Notes: generated by a model not told the origin, from the letters alone. Shown: positions 40,176 through 54,969, numbered from the stretch's first letter. The stretch: DNA of 64,000 nt from Geosiphon pyriformis uo1 (GCA_016748015.1 JAAOMT010000282.1:186001-250000), one strand, 5' to 3'. Numbers and translations are program-made.

Positions 40176-41558
40176 TCAATTTGCTGTGTTTGGTGTAATT
40201 ATTATGATTGGTTTCAGATCTCATAAAATCTCATCTGGTTGGATTATTATTTTCTGTACTCCTAATTGTGGAATATTACTGGTAAATAGTAGTACTATAT
40301 TGTGGTATAGTTTCAGTCAATCTCCATGTGCTGCTTTGGTCAAGATTTTGTTGTTCAATCTTAATTTATAAGCTCTATTTCCTAGAATTTCTTCTATGTA
40401 AAATGGTCTGTCCCATTTGGAGTCAAATTTTCCACTCCATTGTTTTTCCACTTTGGTACAATGTAGAAGTATTTTGTCTCCAATCTTGAATTCAACTGGT
40501 TTGTCTGATAATTAACTATCATGTCTTTTTTTCTGTTTCTCTTGTGACTTTTGAATGTTATCAGCTGCTCTTCTTCATTTGTTTTCCAGTGTTTTCATTA
40601 AGTCATATGTCCTTTTCAACAGTGTTTCCTGGAAATTTTTTTTTGTTATTGATTCAGTTGGATATGTGTTAACTTCTATCTCAACTGGTATTGTTGCTGT
40701 TCTATCATATACTAATTTAAATGGTGTTGCTTGTATAGTATCTTGCTTCATTGTTCAATACACAAATAGTACTGATGGTATGAACAAATTTCATTCGTCT
40801 TGGTTTTTTTGGCTGATTTTGGCAATTGCTTCACACAATGTTCTATTAAATCATTTAACTAAATCATTTGTTTGTAGATGATATGGTAATGATAGTGGTC
40901 TTTTAATTCCGAATCTTTGGCTCAATTCTGCTAGTGTTCTGTTCACAAAATGAGTTCCTTGGTCTGATAATAATTTCTTTGGACATCTATGTTGACAAAT
41001 CAGATCTTGATGAATAAATTTGGCAATGAATTCTGTATCTGCTCTTTGAATTGCTTTTGCTTCTGGCCATTTAGTGAGATAGTTCATGGCTACTGCAATG
41101 TATCTGTTCCCTCTGCTGGTAATTGTTAATGGTTTGACTAAGTCAATTCCAATGTGATCAAATAGTTGTTCCACTTTGATTGGTTTTAGTGGTTTACTGG
41201 GTTTTGTTCCTCCTCTTCTTTGACAAGAATCACAATTTTGGACATATTGGATGATGTCTGGATATATTGATGGCCAATAGTATCTTTTTCTGGTTCTTTC
41301 TATGGTTGCTTCTTTGTGGAAATGTCCTGCTGTTAGATCTGAGTGCATGTTGAACAGTATTGTTTCTTTCTCTAGTTCTGTAACTACTCTAATTGGTTGA
41401 TCTGAATTTTGTTTATTTTTCCGATAAAGTATGTTTTGGTAAGTGATAAAGTATTTTAATTGTTGTTTGATACTATTTTGTTCTGATTGAGATAATTTCT
41501 CCTTGAACTGTTGAGTATCTATATAATGTTTAAGTTGTTGGTATTTTTGTGTGTTCAT
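40176..41558 (-). pseudogene. Family B stand-alone integrase ORF
   Basis: ATG 41558 MNTQKYQQLKHY, H..GH..CDSC zinc finger, IGIDLV, SDQGTHF, QTNDLVK, and a GPF-type C-terminus KWDRPFYI. No chromodomain seen. Confidence 0.9.
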
Positions 41559-41619
41559 CTTTTGTTATATTTTTATTGGATTTGGTTTGGTTTTGTTATA
41601 TTTTTGGGTTGAAATGTTC

Positions 41620-44600
41620 TTAGATTTGTCTTATTTGTGACAAACTGTTTGCATTTCCATTGTCTTTTCTTTTTTTATAATGTATGATATAAGTATATGA
41701 TGAGAGTAACATTTTTCATCTGGATTGTCTGCCATCTCCAAATTCTTGTTTTTGGAGTGATGTCAGTCCTTTGTGATCTGTATACACCTCAAACTTTTGG
41801 CTTAAGTATTTCTTCCATTTTATAACTGCCCAATAAATTGTTAAATGTTCTAGTTCTGGTGTTCTATAATTTTTTTTAGCTGGAGTTAAACCTCAGCTGG
41901 CATATGTGACTGAATGTTCTCTTCCATCTGGTTCTCTCTGTAATAGTATTGCTCCCAATGCTTGGCCTGATGCATCAGTGGTAATTATGAACAGTTTATT
42001 GTGATTTGAATAGATCAGTACTGGAGCTTGTATAAGCTTTTTTCTTAGAATATCAAAAGCTTTTTGTTGTGCTTCTGTCCATTTGTATTTCACATTCTTG
42101 GTTTGGAAATAATTAAGTGATTGGACTATCTTAGAAAAGTTTTTGATAAAGCATTGATAATAGCCTGCAAATCCCAAAAATGACTTTAACTCTGTCACAT
42201 TGATTGATACTGGAAAGTTTTTAACTATCTCTATCTTTTTTGGATCCATTTTAATGCTGTCTTTGCTTACTATGTGTCCTAAAAAGTTTAATTCTGTCTT
42301 GCCAAAGAAGCACTTATTGGCATTCAACTTTAGCCCTGCTCATTGTAGTCTTTCAAACATTTGTTGTAGATGATACAAATAATTATCAAATGTTTTGGAG
42401 AATACATTAGTGTCATCTAAATAAACGACTACTGATTTCCATAATAAGCCAGTATATACTATTTTCATTAGCTGCTGGAATGTGGCTGGAGCATTTGTTA
42501 AGCCAAATGGCATCACTTTGAATTCAAAATTTTCCTCCCATGTTGTAAATGCAGTTTTTTTTTTGTCCACTGGATTTATGGCTACTTGTCAGTAACCACT
42601 ATCTAAATCCAATATTGAGAACCATTTATTCCCTCCAAAAGCATCGAATAGCTCCTGAATTTGTGGAGTTGGATAGCTGTCTCTATGAGTGACTCTATTG
42701 AGTTTTCTGTAGTCCACACAAAACCTGATCTTTCTATTTTTCTTCCAGACAAGTACCACTGGTGATGACTATAGGCTCATAGATGGCTGAATTAGCTCAT
42801 TGTCAAGCATTCAGTTAATCTCTTGATGGATAATCTCATGGCTAGCTGGTAGTACTCAGTATGCTTATTGTTTGATTGGCATAGCATCTCCAGTCTTGAT
42901 CTGATGTTGGATGATGTCAGTCCTGCCAAATTTGTTTTCGCTAGTAAAGATGTTATTGAAGTTGTTGAGTAACATCTTGAGTTGTATACATTAGAGTGGA
43001 TCCAAATTTCTCATGTTCATTTGTTACAATTGTTCTGGTTAGAGCAAATAACATTTATTTCGTCCGTAGATTGTTTGTGATGTGATATCCACATATTTGC
43101 ATAGCTGTGGAAAGTTTAAAATAATGCTTGGTGATTGATTTTCTAATTTAGTGCTTATGTATCCAATGATGGTTCCCTCTGGTATTGTGATGGTATCTCT
43201 TGTAGTGTTGTAAATAGAAATTTTGATATGGTTGTGGTTTTTGGCTGGTATGTAGAGATTGATGAGTTCAATCTCTCTTAATTCACAAAGACTTGTTTCT
43301 GCTTCAAAAATTTGATTTTTATCTTTTACCTTTCTCTCTATAATTATTATGTACTGGTCATATAGTAGAATGGAAATTATTTGACTGGTTGAGATAATTT
43401 CTTCTTGGCCAATCATTTCTTCTTCTGCCATATTGACTGGTATATTTATTCTATCTGTGGATCCAAATCTCTGTATTCCTCTAGCTGTTATCCCTAATTT
43501 TTTTCTTTTTCCCACTGATATTACTGAGCTACTCTAACCAGAGGCAGGAATATTGTCTGTGCTATCTTTTCATTTGGTTCTATTATATAGGTTTTTTCTG
43601 AGTCATTTTGTAATATTGTCATTATATTTCCTACATATCTGGCATCAATTATTTCTCCTCTTATATTAATCCCTCTTTTTGCTAAACTACTTCTAGAAGC
43701 TAGTTGAAACATGGTTGTTGCTGGTATTTCCAATGCTATTTTTAGGTCAATGCAGATGCGTAAATGTGGTTCTAATTTGATGGCATCTTTCCCTGAATAC
43801 CTTAAATCAAACCTGGCATTATTATCATGTGCACATTCTGACATGATCTCTTCCTTATTATTGCTGAACCATTTCAAGATCTGCTCCTTGGTGAGATCAG
43901 AGAGTGCAATATATATTTCTGGGTTTGAATTGGAGTTCCAATTGCTATTGTTTTTATTGACATTTTGAATAGAGCTGGAACTGGTGTTTTGTCATCGTCA
44001 TTATTGTCGGAGTTTGAATTAAGATTGAAAACTGATTCTAATTCCAATGTGCAGCTGCTGATTAGTTCTTCTTCTTCTGGAATTGTGTAGATTATGGATA
44101 TTGGTGGATTGTAAATGAGATCACAATCATCACAGAATTGAAAGTTACATGGAATTAAACAGTGGTTACATAATCAGGTATTGATTTCCTCCAAACATTG
44201 CTCTTGCTCTTCTTTCGTGGGTGCTAGATTCTGATAGTGTTCATGGAATTCTTCTGGGCTGTTTTCTAAGTCAAGAAAAGCATCCAGGTTGAGAACCAAA
44301 ACAATGTCTGTTGGTTTTGGAGGGTTGTTTTTGATTTCCAGAATTTCACTGGGCAAAGTGCCTTCTATTTTGGCATTGGCCATTTGCCAGATCTTATCCT
44401 CATCATGTGGATAACCTTCTAAGCAAGAGATCGCTCAGTGCCAGACTGCTATAATGGGTGTTTTATGACTTATTCAGTTACTGATAAGGATTATGTATTG
44501 GCACAATATGTCACATGTTCCCCCTTAACCAGAAATGTCATTCCACATCCCTTCATTGAACAGTTGTTTTCCACAAGCAAGACATGATTCATTGTTCCAC

Positions 44601-47600
44601 TTGCCTTGTCTCTTAGGGTACTCGTAGCATTTATGGTGACATAATTTGCAATAGTAATAGGTGCGCATTCAGTAGTCTTCATCTGGTGCAACCCAAGCTC
44701 CCATTGAAAACAACTTCTTGTTGCAGTCTTTATACTTGAGAGAAATACGTGGTGGCTCTAATTTGGTGTCAGTTAAGTAGGATCTTCTCTAGCCACTAGT
44801 ACTGGCTTTGGTGGTTTCATTGGTTTTAAGTCGGTTTTCTTCATTTTCTTTCCTTTTTTTTTGATTGCTTTCTTCCCACTCCCAGATTGATGGGTCTTCT
44901 TGATCATTGTTGATTTCTCAGACTTGGTTAGTGTTCCAGGTAAGTTCTTTCTTTTCTTGGTCATTGTCATTCCAGGCAAGTATTTGTGGCAGTTCTTTGT
45001 GGTCGACATCAGCCCATAACACTTGGTATGCTTCCCAGGTGGATTTTGGCTTCTTTTCCTTTAAGTCAATTAGTGGGGCTGGCATGTGACTGGATTTGAA
45101 ATGGCCACACATCACTGGTACTCATGTATATTGGCTGTTTTAGCTCAGTTGCAACTTTTGAGTGATCCAATTGAGGATGGCTTTTGTTTTGGTGAGCCTG
45201 TTATTACCAACTAGCACTTGGTACTGAGTGGCTTCCATGACTAGTACTTTAATTGGGATAATTATGCCATTGACTTCTATAGAGAAGTTGTCAATTTTGC
45301 CAATAAGAGTTTTGGTTGCTCTATTGGCAATAATGATTCTTGCGCTGACAGCTCAATCAACTCAGTGATTTAATTGATCTATGAGTTGTCTTGTTATAAT
45401 GCTGCCAGCTGATTCACTATCTAGAATTAGTTTAATGGGGTGGCCATCAACTTTTGTATTAGTGTACATCACCATGATGAATTTTTTCTCTAAGGCAGCT
45501 CCACTGAATAGTGGTACCATTGTGGTTTTCTCAAGTTCAAAAGAAAATATGGCAGCCAATGTTTTATTGTTGGTGATGGTGGCTGGAAGTATGTTGCTGG
45601 TAAGTACTGGTGGTCAATTGGATTCTGAGTTGTGAGAAATGGCGTCTTCTGGAATAACCAAAAGATTTAAATAGTGTTGAGAATTCAGATTTTGGAACCA
45701 GTACCCAAATTCTACTGATAAGAACCAGATTGTTGTGTTGATAAACTGGGGATCAGTTGGTAAACTATTATTGCTGATCTCCAGTTTTGTTGTGTTATTC
45801 TCAGTCTTTGGGTTCTATTTTGAGGTAAGTTTTGTGGTGGTGTTTGAATTTGGGGTGTTTGATGGATTAACTGGAGCTGTGGCTGATAAATTGTTGGTGG
45901 CTGCAGTTGATAGATGGCCTGTGGTTGATATACTGGAGTTTGATATACTGGTGGTTGACAGATTGGCTGTTGCATCATGGGCTGATAAGTAAATTGATCT
46001 TGATTTTGATAATTATTCAGTTTGGAACCAGTAATCAGGGTTTTGATATTGATTTCCTGATCATGAATTGCTATAAGTATGGCAATTGACTCGGATATGG
46101 CCTTGTTTACTACAGTTATGGCAAACATGTGTCTCTTGCTGCCATGGCTGATTGGAAAATGTTGGAAGACATGACTGATTTTGGAAACAATTGGCATTTT
46201 TTTGATTACTGCATCATTGTGAAGGTTAATAGATTGGGCAATTGTCAGCTAAGTATCCTTCTAATTTCTGATTAATTGAATCACTGAATTGTTTCAATTT
46301 GGAATCTAGTTCAGATAATCTATTTATTACTAGGTTTACGGCTTGAGTATGATTGGCCTCTAACTCTGCTGACTTGAAATCTCTGGCATATGTAACTGCG
46401 TCTTAAAGGGTGTTGGAATGCAATGTGCATATATACTGCAAGATGCTACTGTACAGGCTATGGATAAACTGGTTGAGGATTTGTGGCGCTGTAAAATAGT
46501 TAGCATCAATTGCTTAAATCTGTTAAAGATTTCTATAGAAGCATTCCAGATAAGTGGTGACTGTTTCAGTTTCCCTTTGTTTGATAATAGTAAAAGTGTT
46601 GGCCAAGCGATTAATACTATTATTATTACTGAAATATCTCAAGAACTCCAGTTTAAATTCCTGAAAAGTTTGTGGTTTGGCTGCTAAACTTTGATACTAG
46701 GAATTAGCAGTATCCTGGAGAAAGTATGGAATTGCTTAGAGGGCTTTTTGGTCATCCCAGTTATTCACTATGATTGTTTTGATGATGTCATTGATCCATG
46801 CCTAGGCATCATCCTCTTCACTGGTGAACTTCTCAAGTCTCGCAATTAGTGCAAATGCCATGGGTTGTTGTTGTTGCTGTAGAGATAGTACTGGAGGCTG
46901 TTTAATTGGCTGTTGTGGATGTTAAATTGGTTGCTAAAGTGGCTGTTGTTGAATTGGTTCAATAATCAGTTCAATTGGTGGCTGATTGATAATGATTTCT
47001 GAAGGTAAGTTTTGCTAATTGATTGTTTCAGGGTTTCGATTATCCTGAGTTGACAGTGTCTGAATATTCGGAGTTTCGATTTCTGGGTTTTCTGGATTTA
47101 GATTTGGCTGGGTTTGAGAATTTGGAGTTTCAAATTCTGAGTTTTCAGTGATTGGGTTCTGATAAGTGAATTCTTGATCCTCGGATTCTTTTTCTTTTTC
47201 CTCTTCTTGTTCTCCTTCCAATTCAGTGATTTCCCATGAACTCGCTGTTCAGAAATCTGGTTGAGGTGGTGGGGATCAAAATCCTGATGGCATTGGTAAT
47301 CTAGATTTAAATTTTTCAAAATATTTGCCATATGGTCCTAATAGATCCTCTTTCCTTTGTTTACTTTGAAATGGAAACTTTCTAAATGCTAATGTTGCAG
47401 TTGCTGTGAATGCACCTATTGATGTTATATTGATGGCGCTTCTAGGTATATAATAGTATGAGGGGTTGGTTGGTAGTTCAACTCTTGTTTTCTTTTAAGT
47501 GGGTGGTTGTATTTTTTGGGGTATTACTGCAGTTTTTCTTTACCTTTATTTGCATAAGTAATTAGGTATCTTTGCTGTGTGTAATATTCAATTTCTTTGT

Positions 47601-47862
47601 TAATCTCAGTAATAATGAATGCGAAATTATAATTTGTTGGTAGGCTGGTATTTTGAATTAATTTGTTGTAAAAAGTTTCTCTTGCTGATTCAATATTTAT
47701 TGATGTACCTAACAAATATGCAATTCTCTCGTTAACATAGAAATTGAAGGCTAATTCTGCTGATATGTGATTATGGTTCAACCCTAAGTGTTGGCAATAA
47801 TGTTAAAATAAAGATTTCGTGAATCCTAGATGGTTTGCTCCTACATTTTCTGATTTTGCCAC
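41620..47862 (-). pseudogene. Inner family B gag-PR-Cys-rich-dUTPase-RT-RH polyprotein
   Basis: CHNCSKQGHIRVNC knuckle, LILDSE protease, RSSLAKRGINIRG dUTPase, VMPFGL..YLDD RT, TTDASG RH. Confidence 0.9.
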
Positions 47863-47923
47863 TTTTGGATGAGATTGTTGGTGCTGGTTCTCTGTAGGAT
47901 TATATCTCACAAGAAGCACCAAA

Positions 47924-48779
47924 TATTACAAATGATTATTTGGGATCTCAAGTCAAATAACAAACCCATAACTTGGTGCTCAAAGGGAAGTTTGCATTTG
48001 ATGATAATCTAAAGGTTTTGTAGTCTGAAGGTTTTGTTGGAGTCCTTTGTATAATAGACAGAGATTCAATAGTTGTTTTATCCATAGCTTCCCAGAATTG
48101 CAATTCTGTTAATTCTTCTCTTGACATGATGACTGGCAATCCTTTGGTAAGTAATTTGTAATTCATTTTACATGCTCTACTCACTCACAGGGATCTTTTA
48201 CCAGGCAATTTTTGACATCAGTAATCTAATGCTTTTAATCAATTAGTACACAACAATAAAATCAAAGAAAGAAATAAAGCAAAAATAGAAAAATAAAGAA
48301 AATAAAAAAATAAGAAAATAAGAAAATAAGCCAAGACAATGTGCAGATTAGTATTCGTCAATAGCTATAATCAAGAGCTATTGTTCCAGTATGGTTAAGT
48401 ATCAATTGCTATCAACATAGAGTGTTAATAGTGAAAAGTAAATATGGATGGTAAATAATTTATTTATTCAATATTTTGTAAAGGAGAGATTTCTAACTAA
48501 AGAATTCGGTTTTTTCTACTTTTAATGCTACTGTTATATATACATAATTAATGTTCTACAAGATTGCTTACATTTCCGAGCAATGTGCTATGATTTCTTA
48601 AGCAATGCTCACATTGCTGAGTGATGTGCTCTAATTTTTTAACATTGTTCCATATTGCTGAGCAATGTGCCATGTTTTCTGATATTGCTCCATATTGCTA
48701 AGCAATGTGCTCATGTGCTCAATACTATTCTCTTATTAGTCTGCTATTTTCCATATCTATTTTCTTTTTATGAGTAACA
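47924..48779 (-). repeat. 5' LTR of the inner family B element
   Basis: TGTTACTC start at 48779, followed by a PBS, and pairs with 38586-39473. Confidence 0.93.
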
Positions 48780-48806
48780 ACAGTACCAACCATAATCATC
48801 CAAACA

Positions 48807-51800
48807 GTGACAGAATCTGAAGAAATAGGAACAAACTATTTAGGATTTGCAAAATTCTTATTCCAACACTATCACTTTTATCTCAGATTAACAAATAATA
48901 GTTGGCCAACCAAATCAGCTTTCAATTGCTACATCAATGAAAGAATAGTATATCACTTGGGAGACCAAGGAGATCCAAAATCTGCCTTTAACAACTTCTT
49001 TAGTGAATTACTCCAAAGCACCATTCTTCCACAAAATTACCTATTTGCACCCTTAATTACAAAAATAAACAGGGAAATTGAAAAATACACCAAACAGAAA
49101 TTTTCTATCACTTTTGCAGACAAAGACAAAGGAAAGCTACAAACACCAGCAGGAACACCAAAGCAAATCTAACTACCCACTTGGAAGAAACAAAGGTTTG
49201 ATTCACCTGCTAATCTATCATATCATCACACACCCAGAAGCACTATCAATATAATAAACACAGCTACAACAAGCACGACAACACCACAAAACAGAATCTC
49301 ATTTCAAAGTAAACAAAAAAAGACAAAGTTATTAGGAACATATGGCAATTATTTCAAGGGATTTAAATCACAATTCCCAATGCTATCAGAAATTTAATCA
49401 CCACCACCACAACCAGATTTTGGAGCCATTAGTTTTTGGGAAATAACCAACTCTGAAGAAAAAGAGAGTAGCAATTGGGAAGTTAATAAGCAAAACCCGA
49501 TCCTAGAACATTCAGAAATTAAAACTCCAGTTAATCAAACTTCGGAAAATCAGAATAATCAAAACCCCAATGTAATTAATCAGCACTTACCTCCAGTAAT
49601 TGTGATCAATCTACCACCAGCTCCACCAAACGCCCAATAGCAACAACAGTCATAACTGCTACCTCAACAACAAATTCAGCAGCAACCACAACCCAACTTA
49701 GATCCAATGACATATGTACCAATAGCCAAACTCAAAAAATTCACCGGCAAAGAGGACAATGCCCAAATATGGCTAAATAATGTGGAGAAAATCATTGCTG
49801 CTAATGGATGGAATGATGCCAGAGCCATGCAAACCATTCCATATTTTCTCTAGAATACTGCCAATTTATGGTACCAAAGTCTGGTCAACAAACCCCAAGA
49901 TTTTAATGCATTCAAAACTGAGTTTTTAAAATACTTTAGTAACAATAACAGCATTAATAGACTAGCAAACACATTTACTACCATCAAACAAGGAAAAAAT
50001 GAAGCAGTCACTACTTACTTAGCACACTTTCACAAGAATTTGCACCAGATTCAAGCCATCAACATCAATTATTTCACAGTGGCCCAAATCCTAAATCAGT
50101 TTATTCGCGGATTATGCAGTAGTATTTTACAACACATATGTTCATTGTATCCTATCAATCTGCAAGCAGTCATCACAAACACCCAAGATTTTGAAGCCAC
50201 TAAACTCGAAGCTAACCATGCCCAAGCCATTAATCTAGTAATAAATAGATTATCTGAATTGGATTTCAAATTGAAACAATTTAGTGATTCCATCAATCAG
50301 AAATTAAAAGAATACTTAGTTGACAATCGCACAATTTATCAACCACCACAATGATGCAATAATTCTGGAAACACAAATTGTTTCCAGAATCAGTCGCGTT
50401 CATTATTGTCAACCAATCAACAGTGGCAACAAGAAATACGTGTTTGCCACTATTGTGGTAAACAAGAACACTTACAAATTGATTGTTGCCATCACTTAAA
50501 TAATTAATGATTGGAAAATCAATATTGAAACTCTGATTGCCAGTTTCAAATTCCAAATAACCTACCAAACTTAGAGCCATATCCTCAAAATTACATATAT
50601 ATGACCCAACAGCCATTTTATCATTCACTAGTATATCAAGCAGCAATTTATCAACTGACAACACTGACAATTTATCAGCTGCAATTATAACCTATTTATC
50701 AGCTGCAGCCTCAGGTAATCTATTAGCCCCAACAAATTCAAACACCATCACAGAACTTATCTGAAAACAGAACCTAAAGGCTGAGATTGACCCAACAAAG
50801 CTGGAGATTGTTAATAGTAGTTCACCAACCAATTTCCAGTTCTTTCACACAACCAGCAGGATCTCGACAACAGAATTCGGGCACCAAGTATGTCCAAAAT
50901 CCGAATTCCCAGAACTATTTAAGTCTTTTGGTTACCACAGAAGACGCCCAACCCAATAATCTAGAGACCAACCAACAACCAACACTTACCAGCAACATCC
51001 TGCCAGCTACCATCACTAAGAACAAATTACTGGATGCCATCTTTCTGTTTAAACTCAAAAAACCATTAATCACGCCATTATTTAGTGGAGCCACTCTGGA
51101 AGAAAAACCTATTACAGCCATGTATACTGATGCCAAAGTTGATGGCCATTCCATCAAACTGATCCTAAACAGTGGATCAGCTGACAGCATCATTACAAAA
51201 CAGTTCATAGACTAATTAGGTCGCCAAGTTGATCGCACTGCCAGTACCAGGATCATAATCACTGATAGAGCAACAAAAACTCCCATTGGTGAGATCAACA
51301 ACTTCCCTATTGAAGTCAATGGTATCATGGTCTCAATCAAAGTACTGGTCATGGAAGCCACCCAATACTAAGCACTCATTGGGAATGATTGACTATCTAA
51401 AACCAATGCATTGCTTGATTGGAATATGCAAGAGTTTCAAATTAACCAGAATGGCTAACACACATGTGTACCAGCCATGTGTGGCCATTTCAAGACTACC
51501 AACTTGACAACTCCACTTATTGAATTCAAGAAAGAGGAGAAGAAACCCATTTGGGAAGCCTACCAAGTTTCTTGGGCTAACACTGAACACAATAAGCTGC
51601 CGCCAATACTTTTGTGGGACAACAACAGCAAAGAAAAACAGAGTGAAAAACTTATCTGAAAAGCTAACCAAGCCTGGAAAACTGACAATGACCAGGAAGA
51701 ACAAATAAATTGGGAATAGAAAAAAGACAAAAAGAGAAAAGGAAAAAAGAAAGAAGAAAAACCAACAACTGACAGCAACTCTACTTATAATTCTTATACT

Positions 51801-54800
51801 ACACTCCACTGATCCACTTATTACCACCCAAAACTGGTATGCATCAATTGCAGCAAGAAATTGTTGTCAATAGATGCTTATTGTGACAACAATAAAGAGT
51901 ACACTTCAGCAACAAAATTCTACTGCTGCCCATGCATTATTGAACACTTTGGAAGGCCAAAACAAATTGGGAAATAGAACAATGAACTATGTTTGGTTTG
52001 TGGAAAAACTCTTCTAAACAAAGGAATATGGAATGACATTCCTGAGCAAAGAAGAATGTGCAATGAATTGTGTCAATACACAATTCTTATAAGCAACTGG
52101 GTGAGGAAAGGAATGCCCATAGACATTGCCTGGAGACAAGCTGTCAAACATTTGGATGGATGTCCACACAATGATGACAAAATCTGACAAATGACACTTG
52201 CCAAAATTGAAAGAGCAACACCAGAAGAGATAAAAACAATTAAAAATAATCCACCTGAACCTATAGAACTTGACTGAAACCCAGAACCAGTCATAAATCT
52301 CCTAGATCCAGAACAATTCCACAAACATTATTAAGAGCTAGCATCTACGAAAGAAGAACAAGAGCAATGCTTGGAAGAAATCAATACTCAACTATGTGAC
52401 CACTGTTTGATCCCATGTGACTTTCAATATTGTAATGAATGTGACCTCATTTACAATCCACCACCACACATGATCTACACAATCCCAGAGGAAAAAAAAC
52501 CAATCAGCAACTGTGCATCAGAATCAGAATCAATTTTCAATCCTGATTCAAACTCTGACAACAACAATGATAAAAATAACAGTTCCAGCTCTGCTTAAAA
52601 TGGCAATGAAAATATCAGTGATTCAGACTCCAATTCAAACCCTAAAATATATATTGCACTTCCTAATCTATCTAAAGAGCAGAAACTCAAATGGTATAGT
52701 GACAATAATGAAAGTATTATGCCAGAATGTGTGCATGATACTAATACAGAATTTAATCTGAGATATCCAGGAAAAGAAGCTATCAAATTGGAACCAAATT
52801 TGTGCACATATATTGATTTCAAAATAGCTCTGGAAATTTTAGCAACAACCATGGTTCAATTAGCATCTAGAAGTAGCCTAACAAAAAAAGAAATCAATAT
52901 TAGAGAAGGAATAATTGATACAGAATATGTAGAAAATATTATTGCTATGCTACAAAATAATTCTGAAAAGGCCTATATTATAGAGCCAAATGAAAAGATA
53001 GCACAAGCAATATTCCTACCTCTGGTGAAAATAGCTCAATTAGTGTCAGTAAGAAACAAAGAAGAATTAGGAATTACTGTTAAAGAAATACAGGGATTTG
53101 GATCAATAGGTAGAATAGATATACCAGTTAATATGGCAGAGGAAGAGGTTATTGACAAAAGAGAAATTATCTCAACTCATCAATCAATTTCTATTTCATC
53201 ATATGACCAGTATATGTTATCTATAAAAAGAGAAGTAAAGAATCAGGCTCAGTTGTTTGAAGCAGAAGCCACTATTTGCGAATCAGGGGAGATTGAACTC
53301 ACTAATCTCTACATATTAGCCAAAAGTCTCAAAAACATCAAAATTCCCATCTATAACACAACTGAAAGTGTTATTGAAATATCAAAGGGAACTATTATTG
53401 AATATTTGACTATTGAAGTTGAGGATCAACCACCAAATCACATTCCAGATTTTCCACAGCTTTGTAGATATGTGAACATTATATTACAAACTATTTATGA
53501 ATGAAGTGAATGTTATCTGCTCCAACCAGAACAATTGGAACAGATGAATATGGGAAATCTAGATCCACTTCAACAGATGCAACTCAAGATGTTACTCAAC
53601 AATTTTAATGACATCTTTGTTAGCAAAAATAAATTTGGCCAAACTAACATCATCTGGCATTAGATCAAGACTGGAGATGCAATGCCAATTAAACAAAGAG
53701 CATACAGAATACCACCAGCTAGCCATGAGATCATTCATCAAGAAATCAACTAAATGCTTGACAATGAACTAATTCAGTCATCAACGAGTTCATGGTTGTT
53801 ACCAGTAGTACTAGTCTGTAAGAAGAATAGAAAAATCTGTTTTTGTGTAGACTACCGGAAACTGAATGGAGTAACAAAAAGTAATAGCTATTCAACTCCA
53901 AAGATCCAAGAACTATTCAACACTTTTGGAGAAAATAAATGGTTCTCAATACTGGATTTAGATAGTGATTACTGGCAAGTAGCTATGGATCCAGTTGATA
54001 AAGAAAAAACAGCATTCACCACAAGAAAAAAAAATTTTGAGTTTGAAGTCATGCCATTTGGCTTGATGAATGCTTTAGCAACATTCCAACAGCTTATGGA
54101 AATTGTCTATACTAGATTACTATGAAAATCAATAGTTGTATACTTGGATAATACTAATGTGTTCTCAAAAACATTTAATGATCATTTGCATCATCTCCAA
54201 CAAGTCTTTGAAAGGTTAAGAAGAGCTGGATTGAAATTAAATGCAACCAAATGTTTTTTTGGAAAAACTGGACTCAAGTTTTTGGGACATGTGGTAAGCA
54301 AAGACAGAATCAAAACAGATTCAGACAAGATCAAAGTAGTTAAGAACTTTCCAATACCAGCCAACTTGCCAGAACTAAGAGCATTTTTGGGATTTGCAGG
54401 CTACTATTGCTGTTTCATTAAGGACTTTTCTAAACTAGCTCAGCCACTTCACCATTTACAAACCAAGAATGTGAAATATGAATAGACTGAAACTCAACAA
54501 AAAGCATTTAACACATTGAGAAAAAAGCTTATTCAAGCTCCAGTATTGATGTATCCAGATCACAACAAACCATTCATCATTACTACTAATGTATCAAGTC
54601 AAGCATTGGAAGCAGTACTATCACAAAAAGAACCTAATAAAAGAGAGCATCCAGTAGCTTACACCAGTAAAAGTTTAAATCCAGCTGAAAAAAACTATGA
54701 AACTCCAGCACTGAAACACTTAGCAATTTATTGGGCTGTTATTAAATGGAGAGAATACTTGAGCCAAAAGTTTGAAATATATATGGATCACAAAAGATTA

Positions 54801-54945
54801 ACTTCAATTCAGAAACAAAAATTTGCAGACGATTGCCATACCAGATGGAAAATAAAACTTTCACCATTCAATTATACAGTACATTATAAAAAGGGAAAAA
54901 ACAATGGAAATGCCAATAAATTGTCACAAATAAATCTAAAAACAT
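48807..54945 (+). pseudogene. Outer family B gag-PR-Cys-rich-dUTPase-RT-RH polyprotein
   Basis: ORF pieces at 48807, 50040, 50787, 51477, 51993, 52371, 52719, 53754, 54144 and 54516 all lie in the same frame. Confidence 0.9.
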
Positions 54946-54969
54946 TTCAACCCAAAAATATAACAAAAG

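Larger units (their letters stand above)
38586..48779 (-). mobile_element. Complete Gypsy family B element (10.2 kb) with both LTRs and ACAG TSD
   Basis: LTRs 38586-39473 and 47924-48779, ACAG at 38582-38585 and 48780-48783, PBS next to 47924, PPT AAAAGAGGAGATAA next to 39473, full domain set. Confidence 0.95.

Noticed and set aside
40141-40881. Antisense ORFs over integrase and other domains
   Set aside because: These are shadow frames of the TE coding strand with no independent motifs and inconsistent boundaries between copies.
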